A stretch of 64,000 bases of DNA from Gracilinanus agilis (lineage: Eukaryota), in the NCBI RefSeq assembly GCF_016433145.1, contig NC_058134.1, forward strand, positions 283,390,643 to 283,454,642, in the 5' to 3' direction. A program made the position numbers and the translations under genes. The notes beneath the pieces are model-generated. The model had not been told where the DNA came from and ran no database searches. It was given only the letters and a program-made list of their open reading frames with translations. Positions 11,936-22,985 of this stretch are shown here, in pieces. Each line of letters begins with the position of its first letter. Position 1 is the stretch's first letter.

Positions 11936-14587
11936 TAGCTCAATACAACAAACATTTATTAAGCACCTACTTGGTGCAAGGTATTTGCTTGCTAGGTGCT
12001 CAGAAAGAGAACTTACAAAGTCTCCACCCTCAAGGAGAGAGTGTTCTAGTATAATAACAAGGCTGAGTGAGACATGTACACAAATAAGTATATATGATAC
12101 AAGGAAGAAAATGATTGAGTTCATAGGAAAGGTAAGAGGGACATGGAAAAATCTAAGACCGGATGGTTTCTTAACCTGGGAGGTCCATGAACCTGTTTTG
12201 AAAACATTTTGACAGCTGTATTTCAACATAAATTGGTTTTCTTTGTGATCCTATGTACTTTAATGTTTTTTTTAAATCCCCTCTGAAACACACTGCCAAA
12301 GGTGTCCATTATTACCACGCCCACCCCCACCCCCACCAAAAAGTTTGGTCTAGGAAATAAAAGATTGCTTCTAGCTAAGGAAATTAGGGAAGAAGCATAC
12401 CAGAGATACAGGTCTGGAAGTCATCAACATAGACTCAAAAACTGGAAGACATGGAAAGTGAATCAAATTTGCCAACTGAGACCATGGAGAGAAAGGAGAT
12501 GAAAACAGTCTTGGGAGACATACACACACTTAAGAGGGGGAAGGGGTATGAAAAAGCAGTGAAGAAGGCACAAAGATAAGTTAGAAAGGTAGAGAACAGA
12601 GACACCGAAGTCAAAGGAATAGGGAACATAGAGGAGGGAGTGATCAATAATGTTGAAGGAGGGAGGATGAAGGCTTGAGAAGCAGCTACCAGACTATGGA
12701 ATTAGCTCACTGGTGACATGAGTTTCAGTATAGTTTCAGGACCAGGGTCCAGTTGAAAAGCAGATTGAGGGGGAGTGGGAATGGAGGAAGGAAAAAAGCA
12801 GGAACATGAAGACTTTTTTCTCTCCTGGGTCAGCATTGAACAGGAGTCAGAAAGGTAGTTCACAGCATAGCAGATGGTCAAAGGAGGGTTTTCACTAGGA
12901 TAAAGCATACCTGAGTATGTTTAGAGGGAGGAGAATGAAGATGAAACAGTGAGGGGATGGATTAGTGGAGCAAAGTCCTGAAGAGATCAGGGGGAATGTG
13001 GAAATGGGCATTCAGAGAGGGGATAGCTTTGGCAAGAAGGTGCACCTTATCCCCAGGAGGAATCAAGCATTTGACACACTGAGTATAATCCAGGTGTTGG
13101 GGACATGACACAAATACCAATCAACCCCCCCCCCCAACAAACAACAATCCCTGCTCCCAAGGGTCATACATTCTATCAAAGGATGAGAGGACAGAGAGAT
13201 CTTAAGGTGTGGAGATGAAGAAGAGGTCAAGGGAGATGGCTTCAGTCTTCTCGGGAACTCAGTAAGGAAGGTTCACACAAGAAAAAAGGAGATTTAGAAC
13301 AGCTGCTTGGGGAAACTTGATAGGGAAGAACAGAGATAAGGGAAAGGATCGAGAGTTTAAGGGTTCAAATTTGTGGGGGAAGACAGTCAGCTTGGTTTTG
13401 TGAGTTCCTGCAGAAACTCCACTGCTTGTGGGTGGGGGGCAGAAAAGGCAGCTGGTAGGGAGGAACCAGGGCTGGAGATTAACGGGACAAGAACATCACC
13501 CTGCCAATGAGCCCAAGCTGGCTCCTAGTGTACACCACATTCTTTTACAAGTGCTCATAAACGATTGTTTAATAATCCATTTTTAGAATTTGTACAGGGA
13601 TCGATGCCAAGATTACTGGTCTGGTTTCCAGAATGTATTATTTTTAAAAACTAGAATATCTGGCCATTTCCAATCTCAGTTTATATTTGGCTTCTGACCC
13701 CGAGTCGAAATGATAGGACACAGAGAAAGAAGGAATAAGGGGTTCTGGTCTATTTTAAAGGTCCTAAAAGACAGGGCAGGGAATTTCAACACAACCTTAT
13801 CCTTCCCTGCTAACAAACACAATACCCAGTAAAGGAGGACACTTCTTAATTTTTCCTCAGGTTATCCAACTATTGAGGCATCAACTTACCAAAGGAGCTG
13901 ATAGTGGCTAATGAAGCCCCACATTGGTACCCTTGGGGGATGCCAGAGGATCCCCTTAGATCTCCATGGAGAGAGCAGGAGTGGGGATCAGCTAAACAGT
14001 GGAGATTCTCCTTGTAAGAAATGGCCCTCCTACCCAAACATCATTCAAGGTTTTAAAGCTTAGAATTTGGCTTCTGGGGTTAGGAGGGGCAGGAGAGGCC
14101 TCGGTGACCATCAGATGCAGCTGGAGAGGGCATGAAATCTTGCTTGGCATACAGTACAACGACCATGGCTATCTTTCCCCTTCCCCCACCAAGTTCTCTA
14201 GCACCTGCTATTTCAAAATCAAGGAGGGAAGGGCAGAATCTGTCAGCTAGATGGACACCCCATCCTAGCTTCCCACTGCCCCTCCTCCATCAATGACCCT
14301 AGGAGCCCTGTTAGCAAGGCTGCCTGGGAATAACACTGCATTGAAGACACAGACAGGGTTATTTTTAAACCTTACCAAATGTGTCACCAGTCCCCTAACC
14401 CCCAACTTGAATCTTTATGGCCCCAGAGAGCCTTTCATCCTGGGATCCATGGCTCTTCTCATCGTCCCCTACAAAGTCATGTCCATATTGCCCAGGGGTG
14501 GGTTGTGTTCAGATTTTAAAGCAGGCCTCCCATCACACATAACTTCCCATTAAGTCTCCATTGCCTTCTTTCGTTAAAAATAATTAT

Positions 14588-14593
14588 TTTATT
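14588..14593 (-). terminator. Candidate ZC3H10 polyadenylation signal (AATAAA)
   Basis: First AATAAA seen on the minus strand, about 630 nt after the stop. A further ATTAAA lies at 13568-13573. Confidence 0.45.
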
Positions 14594-15223
14594 TCTTTGG
14601 AAAATGGCGGGGCCCTTGCTCTGTGGATTCCTAACCCTACCTGGGTTAACAATTCCCTAGCCCACCACCCTGAAACATTAGGGCCTCCTGGTATTCCTCT
14701 CCTTAACCCTAGGCCTAGAGGAGTTCTCACATTTGTGAATGGGCAAAAGTCTCCAGAGTCTGAAAGCTCAGTATTCTGGCCCTCCTTGCCCCCATTCCCC
14801 TCCCTTTACAGGGTTTAGGCTCATTTTCAAAAATCAGTGCTAGGGTCTATGCTGGGGATGGGGTGTGGGAAGGTGGAGGGGCAGTATTTGGGAGAGCTCA
14901 ATATCCCATCAGCCAAGTCTTTCTGAGAACCCCAAAGCCCTTCAGTCATCCCTGCCTCTCCTGGCAGCCTGCAGTCCTCATTCCCTTTGCAGGCCCCTCT
15001 GGTTGGCCTCAAGGGAAGCTGGAAAGAATGCTTCTTAGGAGGATGAGGCTTGGGAAAATCTATTCCCTCCGCTCCTCTAGGAGCCCAGCACCTAGCACTC
15101 GCCGTCTACTCTCCTCATTCCCTCATAAACTCCCTTCCATGCATATGAGAAGAGATGGATTCGCCCTCTTCTCCTACCCCCTTTGCCAGGGAGGCAATAT
15201 CAGAGAAGCGTCCAGTGAACTGG

Positions 15224-16531
15224 TCAGTGTGGCATGGCAGTGATACGCATGCTCTGTGAGGCAATGGGGTAAGTCACCATGGGTGTAGTGGCGTGGCTCA
15301 TTGTGATTCCTGCTAGTGGCTGGGCCATCGAAACAGCCACAGGGGCAACGGATACGGCCACAGGGGCCATGGAGACTGGAGGTGGGGCCATGCCTTGAGC
15401 AATTGTCTGGGCCAGAGCAGCTGAGAGAGGTGTGATCTCTGGGTTCAGGTGGGGGGGTGGGGGAGGTGGGGGCGGTGCCGTGGGAGGTGCTGCATTAGTT
15501 GGTGGGGCAGCCGGGGCACCCGTGGGGGCTACGAGCTCTTGTTGGGACACGGGTCTAGGCTGCAGGGCCTGGCTGCTGAGTGTGGTATGTGTCTGAGCAA
15601 TGCCATGGTTGTAGTTGGTGACGGTGCCCACGCTGGGCGCCAACGTTTGTTCTGTGGCTGGTGCGGTGGAGCTCAGGGTCATGACCTTGGCCTGGTTACG
15701 GAACTGGGCGTTCTGCTCCAACAGGACCTCGTTGGTAGCCAATAAGTTGCTGACCTGCTTCTTTAGCTCTTCCACTCGCTTCCTGAGCATAGCATTCTCC
15801 TCCTCTAGCAAGCGGCACTCCAACCCCCGAGGTGGGGCCAGACTGTACTCAAATGTCTCAAAATGGGAACCATCGGAGGGGCACCCGCCCCCTCCCCGAC
15901 GGCGTTTGGGGCATGGCTCATGGTCCTCAAAGCCCCGGTCTGGAAGATCATATGTGTCATATAGATCATGGCGACGACTGGTGGGTGCTGGCCCTGCAGG
16001 ACCCCCTCCACCAGCACCCCCGCCACCTCTTGCTTCAAACTCAAAATCCCGCTGCAGGTGGCGGAACTTGCACTTGGCTCCTCGCTGGCAATCCCCTTTG
16101 AGGAAGTCCCGGCAGATGGGGACTTCCTCTTTTCCATTGGGGAGGTCAGCCGGAGAAAGGCCCAGGCCGGCCGCCACTTTCTGCCTTAGCCGAGGGGGGA
16201 GTTCACCTGTCTTCTTGTAGCCATCCTCATCCTCCTTGGAGCCATGGATGAAGCGGCAGTTCAGACGACTGCACTCCTTGTTCTGGAAGTCATGGCAGAA
16301 GATAAACTCATTCTTACTCACACCTAGGTTGGAGACCTCGCTAATGTCTGGGTGTCGGTAGCGGCAGCGCTTGCCCCGCTTACACACATTCCTCAGAAAG
16401 TCCCGGCAGATTGCATCCGAGCTGCCTGCGTTGGCTCCTGACCCAACTCCGCTGATCTCCTCACTACCACCACCTCCGGAGCCTCCGTTGCTGTTCCCTG
16501 TGCCATTGGTATAGCTGTCTCGGTCAGGCAT
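15224..16531 (-). CDS. ZC3H10: Zinc finger CCCH domain-containing protein 10 (435 aa, single coding exon)
   Basis: MPDRDSY... start; three CCCH fingers (CRDFLRNVCKRGKRCRYRH, CHDFQNKECSRLNCRFIH, CRDFLKGDCQRGAKCKFRH); coiled coil LLEEENAMLRKRVEELKKQV; Pro/Ala-rich tail ending RITAMPH. The exon acceptor CCCTAG| precedes position 16586. Confidence 0.98.
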   Translation of the reverse strand: MPDRDSYTNGTGNSNGGSGGGGSEEISGVGSGANAGSSDAICRDFLRNVCKRGKRCRYRHPDISEVSNLGVSKNEFIFCHDFQNKECSRLNCRFIHGSKEDEDGYKKTGELPPRLRQKVAAGLGLSPADLPNGKEEVPICRDFLKGDCQRGAKCKFRHLQRDFEFEARGGGGAGGGGPAGPAPTSRRHDLYDTYDLPDRGFEDHEPCPKRRRGGGGCPSDGSHFETFEYSLAPPRGLECRLLEEENAMLRKRVEELKKQVSNLLATNEVLLEQNAQFRNQAKVMTLSSTAPATEQTLAPSVGTVTNYNHGIAQTHTTLSSQALQPRPVSQQELVAPTGAPAAPPTNAAPPTAPPPPPPPPHLNPEITPLSAALAQTIAQGMAPPPVSMAPVAVSVAPVAVSMAQPLAGITMSHATTPMVTYPIASQSMRITAMPH

Positions 16532-18299
16532 TCTGGTCCCACTCCAAATGAGTGGCTTCTTCCTTTGCCGCCACCCTTGGGTACAACTAGGGAAAAGGAA
16601 AGCAGGTGTCAGGTAAAGGGAGCCCTGGAAGAGGACCCTGCCTCTCCCTGTTGCTGGCAGTGAAACTGTGCCTACAGTTCTTAGACTGGAAATGCTGCTG
16701 TTGCTGCTGCTGGGATATGAAGGGCATTGGGAGAGGTGCTGCCCAACCCCTTATGCAACTGATCTTGCTGGGATTCACTAATTCCTTGCTTATTCTGGGC
16801 AAGGGAAGAGGAATAAAGGCTGGGGGGGGAGGAGGGGGGAGAAGGCGCAGGGGAGGAATGGTGTAGGGCTAAGCCACCCACCTGCTCATTAATGAGAGTG
16901 AGCTGAAGAGAAGGGTAGTGTGGAATTTTGCCTCACCCTCTCACTGACCTTATTAAAGACATGGGAACGAAATCAAAACTTTTCTTAAGTGTCTGAATAA
17001 GCTTGGGCAGTAGGGTGGGGAGGGAGAAGTTGGTGACAAGATGCTGAGGGCATAGGAAAAAGGACAAAAAGGCAACAACCATAATTTTTGTTCCCTGATC
17101 TACAGTGCTTCTAGATTCCAAATCTCCAGACTGTCTGGAGCCCTGGAGAAAGGGAGAAGTGTCACCAGCTTGGGAAGCCCCCAAACTTTTCTGGGTGTCT
17201 ATTACACAGGGAGGAGAGGGATTCAACAGCTGTTCTCTCCCCACCCTCAGGACAAAAAGCAGTTTGGGAAACAAGGCCAAAATGGGAGGAGGAAGTTGCT
17301 GTGACTCCACAGAAACCTCCTTTCTGTCCCTCCTCCAGCACCAATAGTCCTTTTCACCTCCCACTCCTCAAACCCCACCCTTGCTCAGATGCATTTCATG
17401 AGAGATTTGACTTAACACTAAGCCAGGCTACTACTCACTCTCATAAAGTTCCTACTTATTTATAGACTCTATAAAATCCTCTTCTTTCCTCAAGGGACAT
17501 CTGAGATATTAGGTCCACAGCCTGCCTCCCCCTGGGGCCCAGATTTGCCGCTCACCATGCCTTACCCCCAAGTCTTGCTCAGGCCCCCCCCTCTGCTGCC
17601 CAAGGAGGCATGACTCCTTCCCTTGAATCAGGGGAAGCCCCTCCTGTTTTTCCTCCCCTTGTCCCTGACTCCATCTTTAGCCTTCCTTCAAGTTGGCTAA
17701 TCAGAACGTAACTGGCCCCAAGATGCAGCATGAGGCACTGGGTGACAATAACTATATTTAGGTAGGATGGAAAGAATGGGGAAAAGAGATGGCAAGTTCC
17801 CTGGTTAAAATGAGCCATCTCCATGCTAAGCCTAAGCCTCCCCTCCCTCAGAGCCCTCTTAAAAAGCACTCTCCCAGCCAGGCAGATACCAAAGAAGTTA
17901 GCTCAGGGAAAATGTGGGGCCGCTGCCCGCCTCCGGGGCCACATCACTGATGGGATCACAGCACGGGGCAGAGCCTTAGTAGGGGCCTGAGGTCTCCATA
18001 GGGCCTCAGAGTCCAGAAGGGCAGGAGGATCTGAGGGGGCCAGTACGCTGAGGAGTCTTGTCTTGGGCTGCCAGGTCCCTCGGGTTTCCAGGCTGTTCTG
18101 CTTCCTTACCTGTCAAAGGGAGGCGATGGGAGTTAGGAACGGGTACAGGAAAAGGCACGCTCGGAGGCAGAACTTTGGACCGCCAGGAGGAGGCGGGGGA
18201 AAACTGCGAGGATGTGGCAGGCTGGCCAAGGCTAGGGAAAGCTGTGAGCAGGAGCCCAACAGCGCGCCCGGGATAAGCCGAACCCCCCAGTCCGAAGCC

Positions 18300-18760
18300 C
18301 AGGGCTGCGTGACGTCACGGAGCAGGAGAGGGGTGTGCTAGGGACAGGCGAGTACCTGCGCTCAAGAGCTGCCAAAAGGGGCCTGGGATCCCTTGGGGGC
18401 CCCGCCGGCCGGCCGGCCCGCCCGCGGCCCGGCCAGTCCAGCCCCGGCTCCTCCCCTTCGGGCACCGCCTCCCCCTCCTTCACCTGCAGCCCTAGCCGCC
18501 GCTGTCCCTGCTGCAGCCGCCAGAACCGCCTGCCGGTTCCTCCGACTTCGACAAAGAGCCGCCCACCTAGAGGCACTTCCGCTTCCTACGGAAGAGGCGA
18601 CGCTCTAGGAAGCGGCCCCGGAACCAAACATGATCGACTCGGTACCTGCGCGTTCGGCCCCAGGAAGCTCCCAGCAGGCTCTGCGCGTCACGATGGTAAC
18701 AGAACGCTCCGCGCGGCCGACCAGGAAGTAAACGACTCTAGGATCGGGCCTTCAGGTAAT
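18300..18760 (-). promoter_or_regulatory. ZC3H10 CpG-island promoter and non-coding first exon region
   Basis: Very CpG-rich. ETS sites (GCGGAAGTG near 18580, ACTTCCTG near 18725); palindrome CGTGACGTCACG (CRE core) at 18308-18319; X-box-like GTTACCATCGTGAC near 18690. Candidate donors CAG|GTACC (18645), CAG|GTGAAG (18483) and CAG|GTACT (18355); which is used cannot be decided. Confidence 0.7.
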
Positions 18761-19049
18761 CTCGGGTCTGGCCTATCCCCAATCCTCCTAAAACGACCCG
18801 GAGAAGGCTTTTCCTTCCCTCACCCACAGCCTCTTTCCACCACATTGACCTTAAATCACCCAACCTTTGCTGTCACTGCAGAGCCGCTCATACTCGGCCT
18901 GCCCTACTCCCAAGCATTCCATTCATGCCAACCCCCAGTCATTTTCATTTCCTCGATAGCCCCTCACGGCAATTGCAGTGACAACAGGAAAGAAACGGCC
19001 TTGAAATAACACACAAGCTCATTGTTTTCGACCAAGAAAGTACTGAGGA

Positions 19050-19055
19050 TTTATT
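19050..19055 (-). terminator. RPL41 polyadenylation signal
   Basis: AATAAA about 275 nt after the stop, in context TGTGGCTGAGTGTA...TATAATAAATC, which resembles the mammalian RPL41 3' UTR end as I recall it. Confidence 0.8.
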
Positions 19056-19327
19056 ATACAGGCGCTATACACTCAGCCACAAAACACATCAGTCCGGAAC
19101 GACAAGAGTCCCAAAAGGCACCCAATCAAGAGGCAGGCAAGGTGGAATTCGCAGGAAAAGTGGCTCGTCCTTCGGCTCTGGAGGGGGTCCTCGAGGATGG
19201 TGGTGAGGCCTCTATCAGATGGTACCGGCAGCCCTCCGTGGCGTGGCTGATGTCTCTCGAAGGTTCCTGCCTTGCTGAAAAGGGTCATTCCGATGTCTGC
19301 TGCTGTGGCAGGTGGTCAGCATTCTGG

Positions 19328-20164
19328 TTACTTGGACCTCTGCCTCATCTTTCTCCTCTTGCGTTTCAGCCTGTGAGGGGGAACCGGAGGGAATTAAATT
19401 AACATGGAAACTCCCATAAATTCCATATAATTCCAATAAAGTTGTGTCCCCCCCCCCCAAGAGCAGCCACGCACAGGGACAAAAGACTAGCGATCAAGAA
19501 ATGAATCCCAGCTTCGTTTCTTTTTCAATATTTATTCTTAAGAGTCGTGAACAATTTCAATCCAGCGACTAGTTTTTTTTTTTGCAAGCCACCCCCCACA
19601 CCTCCCGTTTTCTAGGGATTTCTACCTACCTACGCATTCGCTTCTTCCTCCACTGTAGTCCAAAACGAGCCGGGAATAGAATAAAGAGACAGTTAATACC
19701 AATAACGACATTATAATATCCAAAGCAGGCCACTGAATCCGCACCACTATTATGCTTTAGAACGCCTACATTTTCCACAACAAATCAGGGCGCATGCTCC
19801 TTCCTCTTCTCTGAAGCTTTACCAAAAAGGCAGCCTTTCTCCTCGAAATCGAGTCTCCCCCAGATAGATCAGTGCCTTCTCCAGTTGGAGGCCCGGCTTT
19901 TTGAGTTACTATGAACGCCATTCGAAGGTCCGACCAAGCCACTGTCTCCCCGACCACCCCCCCCACTAGCTCCCTTCTCCCCGCCTTCTTCCACTCGCAA
20001 ACAGGGACTTCCCATTTCTATTCTCCGGGAAACTCCCGGGGCCCTTGGGGTTTCGGCGGGGGAAGCCACCTCCCCGCTCCTGGTCCCCAGATCAAGCACA
20101 GGCCTCCCTCCCCGTCAGCTCGCCGGCCAGAGACCCAGGCCGCCCCGCTTACCTTGGCCCTCAT
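19328..20164 (-). CDS. RPL41: Ribosomal protein L41 (eL41/eS32), 25 aa; coding exons 20164-20153, 19652-19630, 19370-19328
   Basis: 12+23+43 = 78 nt giving [25 protein letters not shown]. All junctions are canonical GT-AG (AAG|GTAAGC, TAG|GTAGGT). Too small to appear in the ORF track. Confidence 0.98.
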
Positions 20165-20297
20165 GGCGCAGTGGAAGCTGTAAGGAGAGAGGAAAAGAAC
20201 AAGATTAGTCTGGAATGCGGGCGACAAATGCCGAGTTCGGATGGCAGAGGATTGTAAATCCCGGTTATAAAGGGAGGACTGAGTAAACGATACTCAC

Positions 20298-20760
20298 TCA
20301 ACAAGATGGCGTAAAGAACAAGAGAGAGAACGCTGCTCGCGCGTCTTATTTAACAATGCAATCGTGTCGTCACTTCCTGCCGAATCTCGCTGGCGTCCGG
20401 GCCCCCCAAGGGGCGGAGCTCCCTAGGACGGGAACAATGGCGGCTAGCTCTTTTTCCCTTAAGCGTCCTAGGTGCTCATTTACCCAATGTACCTACGGAA
20501 AATCCTTGGGAAACGCCTTGAGGAATGTCCACGAACACATCCACAAGGTTCTCCACCCCGCCAACTTTTTTCCACTTCATTGTCCTTATCCAGAGCTTCC
20601 CAGTATTTTGATAATTGAGCAGCTGCCCTTTTCCAACTCGGACTTTGGGGAAACAAAGTCTACTTCCGCCCTCACTCGAATTGCTTCGTGGGAGTTGTAG
20701 TTCACCTTGGCACCCGCCATTTTACCGTGGATGGTCCAACTTCACATGTTGTAGGTGAGA
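20298..20760 (-). promoter_or_regulatory. RPL41: RPL41 non-coding exon 1 (about 20298-20330, 5' TOP tract) and promoter
   Basis: Pyrimidine tract TTCTCTCTCTTGTTCTTT; YY1 motif GCCATCTTG; donor GA|GTGAGT at 20297; AT-rich TTAAATAA about 25 nt upstream; ETS CACTTCCTG near 20371; ZNF143-type ACTACAACTCCCA at 20689-20701. Confidence 0.85.
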
Positions 20761-21539
20761 CCCGGGGAGAGTATGTGAAATTGCCTCCTTCGTGTTTCAG
20801 TTTTCATCTCCAGGGCTTACCACTTTTAAGAAAATCACATTCTTAAAAAAGAATATGTACAAAACTAAACTGATCTTTTACAAAAATAAAGACATCTATA
20901 TTTTATATCAGCAACAATCTGCTTTCTGTCACCTCCTCCCCACCCCCACGCCAATCCTCTTCTCCAGAGTAAGAATGAAAGAAAACCAAAATCAATGTTA
21001 ATATACAGTGTTAATCTGTGAAAAATACAGAACTACTAAAGTAGTCAGAAAAAACAAGTCTTTAATCACGAAAGAGATGAGCCCAGCGCCCAAAACTACT
21101 CAGTCAAAACCCGGGGATTGAGGATGTCCCCCTGGGAGAATGCACCGCCCTAGAGGATTTCTCCAAAGAACGATAACATTTGGGGAATTTGTGTACCTTT
21201 TGGGGAAACTAAGGACAGGGAAATATGATTGGTTGGCCTTACCAAGGCTACAAGGAAAAGAGAAGTCCAAGACAGGATTAACGGGGAGAGTGGGATGCTT
21301 TACCATGAATACCAAAGGGCCAGGGCTACCTGGGAGAGGACTTTGAGGCCCGAGAAGAAACTGAGACAAAAGGGTACTTAACATTTGATTTAAGTCTACC
21401 TTTGGGGTCTATTGTTCTGTCTGAAATGGGCGAGTCTGGGACTTCCCTCAGGGTGAATTCGGGGGTCTCCAGATTTCAAGTTGACTAGTATAGTCAAGCC
21501 AAATCTACCTCTACATTGGCCCTGTCCAAAAAAACAATT

Positions 21540-22320
21540 TCTTGTTCTGTATTCTGAGTCCTTCACCTCTCTGTTAGGAGGATAGCATGTTTCTTCGTTA
21601 GTTCTCTTGAAATGTGATTGGTCATTATATTCATAACAATTCCTAATTCTAAAGGAACTTAGGAAATTCCTTTAAGAATTCTTTAGAACTTTAAGAAAAG
21701 TTATCATATTGCTATCATTGATTATCCTGGTTCTGTTCATTCTGTATCAGTTAATATAAGGCATCTTGGGTTTCTTTGAAATCATCTATGGCATTTTTTC
21801 CCTTACAGGACAATAATACTCCATTACATGTATGTACTATAATTTGTTCAATTATTCTCCAGATTTCTATTCTTTGCCACCTCAAGAAGAGATATATATT
21901 TGCACATTTTTAGAATCTTTTTATCTAATTTTCCCCTTCTACTACCCTTCCACTAATTCTCCCTTTTCCTTTGCTCTGGGTGAATTGTATTTTTGTACCA
22001 AATATATATATAATATATATAATATCATTATAGTCTCTCCTTTAGCTAGTAATGTTCAAATGTCAGCCATCTTTCCTATACCCCTGGGTCCTGTCTTTGT
22101 ATCTATCTACTTGCTTACCCTGATTATGTGAGATAATTTTCCTTAACTTTCCTTTCCCTTTTCCTCCTTCCCACCTTATTCCTCTCCCCTTCTCTTTCCA
22201 TCTTAAGTTAATTGAGAAATAGAGATCCATTCCCAGGCCCTTTGTCTAATTAGACTCCCTCTATGACCCCAGATGAGGACAGGCAAACTTTAATCTCTCA
22301 CCTCCCATGTTTCTCTTTTT
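21540..22320 (-). mobile_element. Old L1 3' fragments
   Basis: T-rich antisense L1-like segments (AATACTCCATTACATGTATGTACTATAATTTGTTCA, TTGCTCTGGGTGAATT); boundaries approximate. Confidence 0.6.
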
Positions 22321-22329
22321 CCTCTGATA

Positions 22330-22985
22330 TCCAGGGTATCAATATGCTTCCAAACACTCAGGTTCACAACCTAGCCTCACACTGGGCCTTTCCTCTACCT
22401 GTTCTGTCACTAAGCAGTTGATGGCCTTGTCTACCTTCTCAATATCTCTCCCATCCATCTTCATGCCTAGATTATTGCAATGGCCTCTCCCCTGCCTTCT
22501 GTCTCTCCCTTCTCCAATCCATCTTCCACAGGATTGCTAATATGATTTTCTTAAAGCCCAGTTCTGACATTTCTATCCAGAAAGCTTCTTGACTATTGCC
22601 TCTAGGATAAAACCCCAAATCCTAAATTTGGCATTTAAAATGTTTCACAATCTAGCTCCGCCATATCTTTCCAGTCTGGTTATATATCATTCCCCTCTAC
22701 TGAAAGACCTTTCTCCTTACTCTGTATACAACACACCATTTTCTGCCACCTTGCCTTTGTTCCAAATGTTTTCTTCTTGCCTCTCCTTCTGGGTACTACA
22801 GAATGGCTTTAAGGCTCCAGTCAATTGTCACCTCCTGAAAAAGAAATTTCTAGATTCCTCCAGTTGTTGATGCTTCCCTTCAATGGACTTCTATTTATTT
22901 TGTATATACAGCATATTTATTTTATTTGTGAACCCTGGTGTATTCCCCATTTTCCAGATAGATTGTTCACTCTTTGAGGGAGCTA
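22330..22985 (+). mobile_element. L2 3' region fragment
   Basis: TTGCCTCTAGGATAAAA...TTGGCATTTAAAATGTTTCACAATCT and CTCTTTGAGGG are typical L2 3' segments. Confidence 0.65.

Noticed and set aside
15449-16220. Plus-strand ORFs (98-201 aa) over ZC3H10
   Set aside because: Antisense shadows of a GC-rich coding exon.
18335-19009. 224-aa plus-strand ORF over the ZC3H10 promoter
   Set aside because: Low-complexity CpG-island sequence with a non-ATG start and no domain.
19371-20297. Possible snoRNAs in RPL41 introns
   Set aside because: No paired C/D boxes or H/ACA hairpins recognised by eye; a covariance-model scan would be needed to exclude them fully.
21481-21497. Small hairpin TTGACTA-GTA-TAGTCAA
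   Set aside because: A 7-bp stem is expected by chance in 64 kb; no supporting context.
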